Shown here: positions 1 to 11,815 of the stretch, one piece after another
Position numbering within the stretch: position 1 is the stretch's first letter
Layout of the letters: each line of letters opens with the position of its first letter
Source: Balanoglossus misakiensis
Taxonomy: Eukaryota; Animalia; Hemichordata
Direction of reading: 5' to 3'
Length of the DNA stretch: 64,000 nt
Assembly (NCBI GenBank): GCA_040954595.2
Contig: CM082577.2
Coordinates: forward strand, 2,294,001-2,358,000
Notes under the pieces: model-generated
The model's database searches: none
What the model saw: the letters and a program-made list of their open reading frames with translations, nothing else
Told to the model about the DNA's origin: nothing
Program-made: the position numbers and the translations under genes

Positions 1-107
1 GGTACAAATTTGCTAATGAGAATCTTGGATTTTTACTGATAAAAAAATAAGTGATAATGTTTGATCTCTCTACTCCTTAAATGGCAGAGTTTTCTTATCT
101 GACTTAC

Positions 108-1446
108 TTTTCTTTTTCAATGTTGTCTCCACCCTGGTTGCCATGGCATCCTCGTCCACTGTTCCTCCCCTTGCGTGGAATTCCTGCATCACTTCGTGAT
201 TCACTTCATCCATCAGTTGTTGGAGTGACATCTCTTCTCTAGCGCCCCCTATGATGACCTTTGACAACAATTTGGCATTCTTTAACCAGACGTACTGACC
301 GCCAGTCACGTGAGCGATAGCCATGAAGAAATCTTTGTATGTCTCGACGTAAGATCCACAGGTGACGGTGTAAAGAGTGATGTTTTTCTCCGCCATTTCG
401 CGGGAGATTTTCATGGGGTCGTGACCCTCTGGGCAGCCTGGGAATTGAAAATGATAAAATAAATATAGAGAAAGAGCACCAAAAAGCTTGATAAAATCTC
501 GAAATTGATACATGTAGATGTAAATACATGTATTTAATGCACAATATGCTTGCTCTTATTTTTCTTATTCTGTTTTTCTTGTTTCGTCACACGAATGCTT
601 AATGAAAAAAAGCCTCACCTTTTGGAAATCCGTCCCGGCCGCTGTCGCTCAAACCATGTGGCGGTGCATCGGCGATCAAGACAACCACTTTCGTCGCTCG
701 GGAGCGCCATTTCAAGTTCAAGGCCTCGTACATCCCGTCAGCAACTGCCTCTGGCCCGTCACCCCCTGAAAAAACAACACATAATTTTTTCTTAATACAG
801 TTATTTGATATTTAAATATGAAATGATCTGGTTCTAAATGTATCTACTACAAGCTTTCAAAATGTAACTGTACGAGTTGAGAAATATGAATTGATACACA
901 CCTCCATAGGCGTTCATGTCTTTCATCTCCTTTTGCATCTGCTTCAAAGATGGTGTGAAGTCCATCACGCGTGTAACGAATGTTCTGTCTTCTGGGGGAT
1001 GGTCTCTGTATTGCACTAACGCCAAGTGAATGTCTGACATCTCCTTGGCAACGATCTCCTCTACGATGGCTTGTATGTTCTGGTGGCAGAAAGCGAGAAC
1101 ATTGAGAAAAAAGTGTTACCTATCAAGGAGGTATTATATCCATAAGGAGAGGTAGTAATCCATTTTTTTCTCTGTTGTGATATATTAACCCGAACATTTT
1201 GTCATATTTACTGTCTGTAATAGACAACGCCTTGTCAGGTATTCTGAACCTTAAAATATGGACATTTTATGGTTATGTAAACCTGAATTATGAACTGATG
1301 CTGTTATGTACCTTTTTAGCCTCGTTGATGTAGCTGCCCATGCTACTTGTGGTGTCAATAACGAAAGCTAAATCTAACACGGAGGCATCGTGGTGTTTCA
1401 GCAGAGGTTGTGGTACGAAATCGGGTACTTCGATGGCACCGGGCAT
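108..1446 (-). CDS. vWA-domain protein, paralog 1 (VwkA/alpha-kinase-type vWA domain); 3' part runs off the window start
   Basis: Exons 1446-1312, 1079-902, 765-619 and 437-108 have GT-AG ends and join in frame. Motifs: LDLAFVIDTTSSMGSYI (MIDAS-like), YRDHPPED, GGDGPEAVADG, LIADAPPHG, FFMAIAHVTGGQY. Exon sizes of 135, 178 and 330 bp match the + strand paralog. Confidence 0.88.
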
Positions 1447-1529
1447 TTTGAAAGCTTTTCGTTTTGAGTTTGGAACTTGTTTTGAATTTTTGAAGAAGGT
1501 ATTCTTTTCAGTCTGGTCTGCTGAGTAGT

Positions 1530-1850
1530 CAGAGGTGTTGTGGTTTAAAGCACAGTCGGTCGCCTTTTATATCTGCTGGATCTACGATCAAGCTATTGTT
1601 AGTCACCCTGCCTGCACGGACATGTCTCACTATAGCGACCTATATATAGATCATGTTGTCCTGACGTCAGCGACAAGTGTGCGCCCTCTAGAGGCCAATC
1701 ATGCTGGAACATGTTCGTGGGGCTTGCGCTGATGATGTCATCGACTGCGTACTATTTTAAGCGCAGCCCTCAGCCATGTCGACGAGAGTATAGAGCAAAA
1801 CAAAGGTAGCTGTCCGCAATAAAAGGCATTGTGGCGCTCCAGTCTCGACA
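1530..1850. promoter_or_regulatory. Putative bidirectional promoter between the vWA paralogs
   Basis: The two ATGs are 541 bp apart. It contains TATAAAA on the - strand (~1565-1571), a perfect CRE TGACGTCA (1662-1669), CCAAT (~1695) and AATAAAAGG on the + strand (~1818). Confidence 0.5.
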
Positions 1851-1987
1851 CAATCGAACTGTCCGCGGTTCTGACAAGTCAGCAAGAATTTGCCAAGTCA
1901 ACAATCCAGACGCTTAGGCCTATAACCCATAAAGCGTCACAAGATTTTGTGATCAAAAATTTGATATTGAGACTGAAGTTGATTAAT

Positions 1988-4439
1988 ATGCCCGGCGCTA
2001 TCGACGTTCCCGATTTCGTCCCACAGCCGCTGCTGAAACACCACGATGCGTCTGTACTGGACCTTGCGTTCGTTATAGACTGCACAGGCAGTATGGGAAG
2101 TTATATAGACCAAGCCAGAAAGGTACGGACACATCTCAATAGACAGTGAACGGACCTCGCGAGCAAATCATGATTGATTCTAAGGCGGGCCCGTACATAC
2201 AACGAGCCCTTGTCCTCTAATGAACACTGTGTGGAGGTATTCTCGCAGATGGTTCTTCGTATAAAGTTTGTAATCAGAGAACATTTCCGAGTTCATATCA
2301 CTGACACGGGTTTGTTCACAGTGTCTTGTTTTCTCTCCACGTGTAGAAAATGCAAAGCATCGTCGAGGAAATCGTTGCCAAGGAGATGTCTGACATCCAC
2401 CTCGCTCTGGTGGAATACAGAGACCATCCTCCCCAAGACAAAACTTTCGTGACGCGAGTGCTGGATTTCACTCCGTCGCTGAAAACTATGCAGACGAAAA
2501 TGAACGGCATGTCAGCAAAAGGAGGTAGGAGTTTGCCGTGGTTTCTTTCTTTCTTTACGTTCGTTTGTTGTTGTTGTGCGGTTGCGTAAAGCTTTGGGAT
2601 ATGTACTTGGGCCAATCACCCTGACCTATAACGACAGTGAAGTTCACCCATGACAGTGTTACTTGGATATTTACGTACAAAAAATGGCCTTTGAACTTTG
2701 TAGACCCCTTGTACTTTGTAGACGGGGGCCTTTTGGGCATGGGGGAAAAAGGAACCTAAAGCTAACTACATGTTAATGTGTAAACTTTCCGTCACACAGG
2801 TGGAGATGGACCAGAGGCTGTCACCGACGGACTGCACGAGGCTCTAAATTTGAAATGGCGCCCTCGTGCGACAAAGGTGTGCGTGCTTATCGCTGATGCT
2901 CCCCCTCACGGACTCGGGGATAGTGGCGATGCCATCCCGAAAGGTATTAAGATTTCTCATTAATGCTGGTGACCGTTTGTCATTGTTTATTATGTGAAAT
3001 TTCAAACTCAAAGACAACAACCCAAACAAACCAAACCGCATAAAACTAACTTGACCTCATTGAAATGGCTTTTTGTCCGTCTGCTACCACCATTTAGGAC
3101 TTGAGAAGTACAGTCTCTTATTTTCAAACATTTTCTAGGTTGCCCTGCGGGTCACGACCCCATGAAAATTTCCCGCGAAATGGCAGAGAAAAACGTCACA
3201 CTTTACACCGTCGCCTGTGGACCTTACGCCGAGGAATTCAAAGATTTCTTCATGGCTATCGCTCACGTGACTGGCGGCCAATACGTGTCGTTGAAGGATG
3301 TCGCTTTGCTGTCAAAGGTAATCATAGGGGGCGCTAGAGAAGAGATGTCGCTCCAACAACTGATGGATGAAGTAAATCACGAAGTGATGCAGGAATTCCA
3401 CGCCAGGGGAGGAACAGTGGACGAGGATGCCATGGCAACCAGGGTGGAGACAACTTTCAGAAAGAAAAGTAGGTCGATCTGAGTTTCAGTGGAAAGTGAC
3501 AAATTACGTAAAATTTGAACGAAAATACATTTTCAGAGATGGCCATTTTCGTAGAGACTATAGAAGTTGAATATCGCAACTAATGACCGCTGTGTTATAT
3601 ATTTTATTTGCAGAACGAACAGCCAAAGCCATGACAACGGGGACTGACGCGTTGCCGGATGTTTCCAAGAGGTCGAAAAGAATCGCCAAGTTAGAGAGCT
3701 TGGCGGATGTTCGTAGTGAATTGGCCAAACCAGATACGAGTGGCCCGACTCCATCCACGTCATCTTCAGCCAAGAGAACGGATGCAAGGAAGAGGAAAAT
3801 GGAGGACAGTACTAGTGCGTCGACGTCATCTACAAGTTCCGCCATGACATGGGGAGCGCTAGCGAAAGTTCGAAAGACCAAACACGTAGTGTTTGCGTAC
3901 GACAGGTAAGAATGTGACAGCCAGAGAGAGAGAGAGAGAGAGACGGACACATACATACAGACAGATAGCCAGACGTCGTGGCCCCTCGTCAGCTTTAAAT
4001 CAAAAGTAGATTTTTAACTTTAGAAACACGTTCTAAAAATTCCTTTTAATTTCATTTTAGTGGTGATGACGTTGCCATGACAAGGTCAAGATCGCGACAC
4101 CCGGTCACAGGAGTGTGCGCAGTCTGTAGCGCGAAACCGTCCAAGGCGGTAGACGGGAAAAAGCGCCCGCGCCCGGCACGCACACCGACGCCCAGGCCGT
4201 CGCCAGCCGCAGCCACCCCCGCGATGACGTCGACCGCCACGAAGCTGAGAAGGTCGCCGAGAAAGAAGGGCGGAGTCTCCGCCACGCCGCCACTGGCAGG
4301 TGCTACGACCGCGGCGACTCCAACCGCCGGCAAAAGCGACATTTCGTTTTCGGAAGCTGCGCTGGTATCCCGCAGACAAGTCCAGCGTTTGGTCACGAAA
4401 TCGATCGCTGTCAATAAACTGAGGATATTTAAAAAGTAG
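1988..4439 (+). CDS. vWA-domain protein, paralog 2, with a Ser/Thr/Pro/basic low-complexity C-terminus
   Basis: Exons 1988-2122, 2347-2524, 2800-2943, 3139-3468, 3614-3905 and 4061-4439 splice in frame. Motifs: LDLAFVIDCTGSMGSYI, GGDGPEAVTDGL, LIADAPPHG. AATAAA lies at ~4739. Confidence 0.88.
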
Positions 4440-5143
4440 AAGGTTTGGCTTTGTAAAATTCCTGTGTGGTGTTGTATACAAGTACATGTGCACCCAGCCA
4501 TCAAACTTGTCATAGTGGCACTGTACCAAAAGATGATCGGAGTTTCACCGGATTGCGAAGGGCAGTGTCTTGACACACAGATCATTTTCTGTCAGCCATC
4601 TGTAGATTTTTCACTTCGCCACCTCTAATTTTGAAGTTTTTCGGCATTTAATATATTTACGTGTACAGATAGAATTATTAAAGTTTTTTTTTGTAATGGT
4701 GCAATGGTTGTTTTATTGCAACATTTGTACATTTCATAAATAAAAAAAACCTGCCGGAGTATAATTGTTCTTGTAACTGTTTCTATGTTCTATCTATAAA
4801 AATGCACCAACAACTTGTAGGGAAAGTACGACCAAGCACATCTTGGTAGAAGAGTTTCCTCAAAAAACGTGCTGGTTGTATGATCATGTAATTGTCAGCA
4901 TTCTCATTATTATGTCAGCCATAGGCATGATGCTGAAACCTCGAACGGTTGTGAAATACTAAACGCCGAAAATTGGATCTATGAAGCCCGCGTACAGGAG
5001 GGTAGAAATTCCGTAACGTATTCTGCTGTACGTTGTCACCGTGACACCCTGCTGTGAAAATATGTATGTGGGTGCCCCTACGGAATAATGCTGAATAAAA
5101 TCGAACTGAAAAAATGGGGAAAATTCGCCCAGATTGAGGAGAT

Positions 5144-6302
5144 CTATCGTCGGTAGTCGGTTACATCGTAGGTGCAGTCGGCGGTGTGCACGGATTCCAC
5201 GGGTCTGTTCAGCGGTCGGGTGAAACCATTTTCGCTGAGCCATAACAACACCTCGTCCTGGTACACCTGGCGGAATTCTTCAACGTCTCGCGCCAGGACG
5301 AAGAGAAACGCCGAGACTCCGTCTGTGACGATGGAGTATTGGTACTGGAAGGAGCCGTCCGCCTGTCGCTCTTTGGGGCCAAGTTTGACCACCCAGTCTG
5401 GCAAGAAAAGGAGAAATTCAGCGGGAGCGTGAGGTTGGATGCACACCTTTCCAAGCCGCGGAAATATGTCGTACGGAAATATGTGTCGTAGAGGGTTCAA
5501 GACGCAAATATATGTACTTCATTTTGCGCAATACTCACAGGCTGCCACGTCATTGAAACCCGTCTGCAGGTCGACCAGGAGCTTGCCGGGATCGTACAAG
5601 TCCGGCACGTAGGCAAAACCGTATATGACGTCAAGGGGTCCAGCAGGTGAGCCCAGAGTCTGTGTGTTCATCACAGAAATTGTACCGTTTGGGTTCAGTC
5701 CATCTGAAGTAGAAAATTAAACGGTCACGGAAAGAATGAGGCCGCGAAAAGGACAGAAAAATTCACATGTCCACTCTTCCACTTTTTGAATGTCATGTTT
5801 CAGTTTTGAAAAAAATATTTTGCATTCGTCATATTTATCAAAAATCAAAGTGGTGTGGTTCATATAGATCATAACGTACATTCTTACTTACACTCTGCCG
5901 AGTTGCAGTAGCCATCTTTTTCAAAAGACTGTTTCGCATATTGATTAGAATGAGTCTAATTGTAAAACAAAAACAGGGAAAAATATTCAGATATTCAGAC
6001 TGTAAATATCACTGCAAACCCGCGCACGCACACGCACACATACTCTCTCTCTCTCTCTGTCTCTCTCTCCCCCTACCTCCCTCTCCATCTCCAATCATGC
6101 ACGCCCACACACAACATTCCAGAGAATCTTTCCATATCTCCACGCCGAGCATAAATCAAATAACAGAACCGAATCATACCTCGTACCACTTTCCGAGGTA
6201 AGCGTCGAAGTCAATCTCTCGGACGGTTGGCAGCGCTCTCTGCTGTCCAATACAGACAGCCAGGCATGATGCTAAGACCACCAATGTTTTTGTGACGTGC
6301 AT
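5144..6302 (-). CDS. Secreted lipocalin (ApoD/Blc-like), copy A
   Basis: Exons 6302-6180, 5955-5892, 5703-5539 and 5397-5144. It has a signal peptide (MHVTKTLVVLASCLAVCIG), SCR1 DFDAYLGKWYE, YWVVKLGP, YQYSIVTD and SCR3 LFVLARD. Confidence 0.88.
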
Positions 6303-7118
6303 GGTTGACTCGGCAAGAGGACGAAGATGACTATACACGTGCGCGGAATGTCCCTCATTTATACGCAGTCTTGAGAAAAGCACGCGACCACGAACGTGCT
6401 CGAGAAATAATCGTTACAATTTGGCAAATTATTGATGATAATTGGGATTATTTCGAAGCAGGAATTAATGATAATTCGCTGATCCGTAATCTCATTCATA
6501 AACAGGTGCCGGGTATGTCCTGGGGAACGAACATCTGTCTCGTAGTGGTTTGGTCACGTGCTTGAACACATGCTTGCTCATGCCTTCCTCATTGAAAACG
6601 AGATCGTTTCACAATGGCCGTCCCCACCTTTGAGTGGAATGTCCAACAAGGGTGTTAACAAAAATCGCTTGGGATCGCACATATCGAAAATGCGAGGTAT
6701 AGAATCATACTATTCTTGGGAATATCATAGAACTCAACTGAACGCTATGAAGATGAATACCTTTAGTATATCCAGATGTAAGTTACCAACCATGTATGTA
6801 CATAAATCATGCACGGCATACCAATAATAATAATACATTTTTTTTACTTTATTAAAATTTGGAACCATGGTCCAAGATGTCATATTTAACAAAATACAAC
6901 ACCAATAAGCAGAAAATGCATCAAAACTTTACATTGTTGTGCTTGATGCAAGGCTTGTTGAATTATATTAGCCAGTGGTAATGAGTTCTGGAGAGGCGAC
7001 ACGTTTCGGTATAAATGTACGCACGCCACATTTTTTATTAAACCGACAGACAAACGGTCACCCGATGACGCAACTAAACACGTGACGGGTGTGTCGACAG
7101 CGCAGGTGTGCTGCCCGC

Positions 7119-10100
7119 CTAAACATATATGCATTCCGGTACATGCAAAGTTTCTATTGGCGCGTTGACTCCGGTGAAACCGTTTGACGACAGCCAAGAT
7201 AGTACTTCGGCGTCGTACTTGTCTCTGAACGTGTCTGGGTCACGTGCTAGCACGTAGAGATACAGAGTGACGTTGTCGGTGATGATAGAATATTCGTATC
7301 GCTCTACGCCGTCTGGTCCAGTCAGTTTGGGTCCAAGTTTTACTATCCAATCTAGAGAAAAAAAAATATCTTGCATGTCAAATGAGTTTCTCAAATTTTA
7401 TGATACAATATGTATTTTTCATGTATCATATTTTGCAATTGTCGTGAAAAGGTATCTGTCATTTCAGTTTCTGACCCACGAAGTTTACAGCAGAGGTGCA
7501 TTTATTGTCGACGGAAAATGATAAATTTTCTGGCAGATGTGCACGTGGTGTACGCCGTATGGACTGATTGGACTCCTGCTTAGAATGTCCAGGAGACTGA
7601 ACCGGATGTGATGTCACAACTGCGCGGTCTGTGTGTTTGTATCTTATTTACTCACAAGGCGCTCCTCCGCCGCCGACTGTCGGGAAACTGACCGACAACT
7701 TGCCGGGTTCGTTCACCGGGTCGCTTCTGTAGGCAATCCCCTTCAATGCGTCGATGTCACCGTCAGGTTCGAAGAGCCTCTGGGTGTTCCAAACAGAAAT
7801 TACACCCCCTCCGTTATCACCGTCTGCAGAGGAGCAGAAAAGGTCGTTTTCATTACCGTAGAAAATTACAAAAATGGAAAATCTGGTAGAAACTTTTGAA
7901 AAAGTTTAAGTGGAAAATAAGAAATCACGCATCCGTCGCGTCATTTATATTTTTGTAAAGTAGTACAAGAGCATACCATCCTTTCTAGTGAGATGACAAC
8001 TGAGTTTTTAAGATAAATTTTCCCATGCCTGCTAGTGTTAGTATAGACCTAACATTTAAGATTAGTATACCGACATTATTTTCTCGCCACTACACATTTC
8101 ACCACACACCAGTGAAAGATCACACGATACCTACACGTTGCTTGAATGCACACCCCGTTTCTTTCGAACGTGGCGTAGCTGAATATGTTGGCATACATCT
8201 GTAGGGGGTGAGACTAAAACGAAGGAAACCGAAGGAAACCGAAGGAAACTGAAGGACACTGTTTTTTCCATATTTTAGTGCGAAGGAAAAGGTTTTCTCT
8301 ATGCTGGTGGCCGAAGGACTGGTTTAGCTTCGAATTAAACGCCGAAGGAAAGCGAAGGACGCTGATTTATCCATATTTAAGTGCGAAGGAAAAGGTTTTC
8401 TCTATGCTGGTGGCCGAAGGATAGGTTTAGTTCGGTAATTAATTATGCTGGTGGCCGAAGGACAGGTTTAGTTCGGTAATTAAAGCCGCAGGACGGGTTC
8501 AGCTCCGTAATTTTGGCCGAAGGAAAGCGAAGGACACTGATTTTTCCATATTTTAGTGCGAAGGACACGGTTTTCTGTATGCTAGAGGCCGAAGGACAGG
8601 TTTAGCTCAGTAATTAAAGCCAAAGGACGGGTGTAGCTCCGTAATTTTTGCCGAAGGAAACCGAAGGACGCTGATTTATCCGTATTTTAGTGCGAAGGAC
8701 GTGGTTTTCTCTATGCTGGGGGCCGAAGGACTGGTTTAGTTCGGTAATTAATTATGCTGGTGGCCGAAGGACAGGTTTAGTTCGGTAATTAAAGCTTAAG
8801 GACGGGTGTAGCTCCGTAATTTTGGCCGAAGGAAACCGAAGGACACTGATTTTTCCATATTTTAGTGCGAAGGACACGGTTTTCTGTATGCTGGAGGCCA
8901 AGGGATTGGTTTAGCTTCGAATTAAACGCCGAAGGACGGATGTAGCTCCGTAATTTAGGCCGAAGGAAAGCGAAGGACGCTCATATCTCCATATTTTCGG
9001 CCGAAGGACGAGGTTTTCTGTATGCTAGAGGCCGAAGGACAAGTGTAGCTCAGTAATTTAGGGCGAAGGAAAGCGAAGGACACTGATTTTTCCATATTTT
9101 AGTGCGAAGGACACGGTTTTCTGTATGCTGGAGGCCAAGGGATTGGTTTAGCTTCGAATTAAACGCCGAAGGACGGATGTAGCTCCGTAATTTAGGCCGA
9201 AGGAAAGCGAAGGACGCTCATATCTCCATATTTTAGGGCGAAGGGAAGCCAGTAAGGTGCGGAATTGTGTTTTATCGTTTTTAGAAAGTTTAGCTACAAG
9301 TGTAGAAAGCTAAATTAGCTGTAGCTAAATAGTTCTAAACTATCTAAGTTTTAAGGATAATTATCACTACGATAATTATCGCTTTCTAAATATCGTTCTA
9401 AATTTATAAATTAGCCACAGTTTAGAAAGCCCCCCCCCCCCCCCGACTAAAATTTTCTGCCGACGATATAAGTGCTGTATTTCCATTCCAATATTTGCGG
9501 AATTTTCATGTATGATTTCAATTGGTGCATTTCAATTTCAATATTTGCGGACGGGAGAATGTTGGGAATCGTTTATTGCCCAAATCAAGCCTTATCTCAA
9601 AACTCCTCTCAGTTTATTGAGATATGGGCTTCGTTTGTATGACACCATTGTTCTGTGCAACGACTGAAGTCTCAGGTTAATCAATGTCTTAACACCATTG
9701 TTCTACCATTATGAGGTGTTGTAAAATGTCAGAGTTAGAACTTCGACTATATATACTGTTAAAATAAAACAAAGATCACATTTGACTTCCCACCGAAGTA
9801 CTGGCCATCCCGTCTCTCTCTTCATTCCAAGCCTACTTCCAAAGTGTACGCCGTACATTTGTAAACGCCCAAGTAGTCCAACTTTCTAAACTGCTGCTAG
9901 TTTAGAAAGTTTAGAACGATATTTAGAAAGTGATAATTATCTTGAAAAAAGCCGTGTTTATCATTATTAGCTAAATTAGCTTCCTTAGACAATACATGTA
10001 GTTTAGAAATGCCCCTTCAATAAGACCATGGACGTGAAAAGAGCATGATAAGACACAATTCCGCACCTAACTCAGGAAAGCGAAGGACAGTGATTCTCCA

Positions 10101-11815
10101 TATTTTAGGGAGAAGGACATTAGTATCCATCTCTCTGTATCTCGGAATTAGGATATCAATAGTGTGATCTTGTGTTGAGATCGTTTTTTGTCAGTTGTTT
10201 TTCATTTCCAGTTCATGGAACGTAATGTCGGCTATTCCCGGTGAAGCATTTGAGCCCACGGTACAACTGCATGTTTGCTTGTAGAATTTGTTGTTTAATT
10301 CAAAAGTATTGTTACGTAGAATTAGTGATAGCATTTCTATGAGGTATGTTTGTTTAGTTTTGTTTCGTGTAAACATGACACTCTACTTAAGATCTCGACA
10401 TTGATATCAGTAACTCTGGTCAGACGTGTACTAGCTGACGCCAAGTCTCTGATAATCGTGAGAGAATCGTGTCCTTCGCCCTAAAATATGGAAATATGAC
10501 TGTCCTTCCTTTTCCTTCGCCCTAAAAAATGGAAATATGACTGTCCTTCGGTTTCCTTCGCCCTAAATTACTGAGCTACACTTGTCCTTCGGCCTCTAGC
10601 ATACAGAAAACCTCGTCCTTCGGCCGAAAATAGGGATAAATCAGCGTCCTTCGGTTTCCTTCGCCCTAAATTACTGAGCCACACCTGTCCTTCGGCCTCT
10701 AGCATACAGAAAACCTCGTCCTTCGGCCGAAAATATGGAGATATGAGCGTCCTTCGGTTTCCTTCGCCCTAAATTACTGAGCTACACTTGTCCTTCGGCC
10801 TCTAGCATACAGAAAACCGTGTCCTTCGCACTAAAATATGGAAAAATCAGTGTCCTTCGGTTTCCTTCGGCCAAAATTACGGAGCTACACCCGTCCTTAA
10901 GCTTTAATTACCGAACTAAACCAGTCCTTCGGCCCCCAGCATAGAGAAAACCACGTCCTTCGCACTAAAATACGGATAAATCAGCGTCCTTCGCTTTCCT
11001 TCGGCCAAAATTACGGAGCTACACCCGTCCTTCGGCGTTTAATTCGAAGCTAAACCAGTCCTTCGGCCTCTAGCATACAGAAAACCGTGTCCTTCGCACT
11101 AAAATATGGAAAAATCAGTGTCCTTCGGTTTCCTTCGGCCAAAATTACGGAGCTACACCCGTCCTTAAGCTTTAATTACCGAACTAAACCAGTCCTTCGG
11201 CCCCCAGCATAGAGAAAACCACGTCCTTCGCACTAAAATACGGATAAATCAGCGTCCTTCGCTTTCCTTCGGCCAAAATTACGGAGCTACACCCGTCCTT
11301 CGGCGTTTAATTCGAAGCTAAACCAGTCCTTCGGCCTCTAGCATACAGAAAACCGTGTCCTTCGCACTAAAATATGGAAAAATCAGTGTCCTTCGGTTTC
11401 CTTCGGTTTCCTTCGTTTTAGGTTATGCTTCTGTAGGGAGAGTTAAACAAGATCAGAAAAGGGGAATGTGCGAAAAGAGGGTCTATGAGAAGATCTCACA
11501 CATTTATATATTAAAGGGGGGAATCTTCATCAAAACATGCACTGGATCGCCATTTGTTGGGGCCAGGCACAGGTGAAGGTGGCCCATAATTTTAGCCGTC
11601 ACGTGACAAGCACAGCAAGCAAATACATGTTCCCATTTTCGCATTATATTCAACCATGTGTGATGGGAACGATAATAAAAACTAACCTGGTACCACCGCC
11701 CTAGGTAGGCTCCCACATCCAGCTCAGGTACCGTTGGCAGAGCCCGCTGTGCCATCAATCCTGTACAGCAACTCAGCAAAAATGTCACAAAACAAGCAAA
11801 TCGCGACACCGTCAT
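7119..11815 (-). CDS. Secreted lipocalin (ApoD/Blc-like), copy B; intron 1 expanded by a foldback insertion
   Basis: Exons 11815-11687, 8198-8135, 7823-7656 and 7351-7119 are in frame. Motifs: LDVGAYLGRWYQ, YWIVKLGP, LYVLARD. Intron phases and the 64-bp exon 2 match copies A and C. Confidence 0.86.
9256..10067. mobile_element. PIF/Harbinger-type MITE nested in the foldback element
   Basis: TIRs GGTGCGGAATTGTGT(T/C)TTATC are flanked by TAA on both sides (9253-9255 and 10068-10070). Further subterminal inverted blocks occur at ~9371-9403 and ~9910-9940. No ORF. Confidence 0.8.
10191..10376 (-). pseudogene. Fragment of a Penelope-like (PLE) reverse transcriptase
   Basis: The peptide LIEMLSLILRNNTFELNNKFYKQTCSCTVGSNASPGIADITFHELE resembles the PLE RT pattern L..IL.NN.F.FN..FYKQ..G..MGS..SP..A.I.M..LE. 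It is truncated and degenerate. Confidence 0.7.

Larger units (their letters stand above)
8207..11429. mobile_element. Foldback (FB/Mutator-like) non-autonomous element with long modular inverted arms
   Basis: The left arm (~8207-9250, resuming 10073-10118) is built of CGAAGGA-containing subrepeats. The right arm (~10470-11429) is its reverse complement (TCCTTCG). The flanking 9-bp direct repeat TCTGTAGGG is at 8198-8206 and 11430-11438. Confidence 0.85.

Noticed and set aside
4052-4585. Long antisense ORFs over the vWA last exon (similarly over the KPNA2, SULT and esterase exons)
   Set aside because: These are shadow ORFs of GC-rich real exons.
8220-9250. CRISPR-like short repeats (CGAAGGA) with intervening sequence
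   Set aside because: The intervening segments are themselves repeated and are mirrored in the right arm, so this is a transposon TIR.
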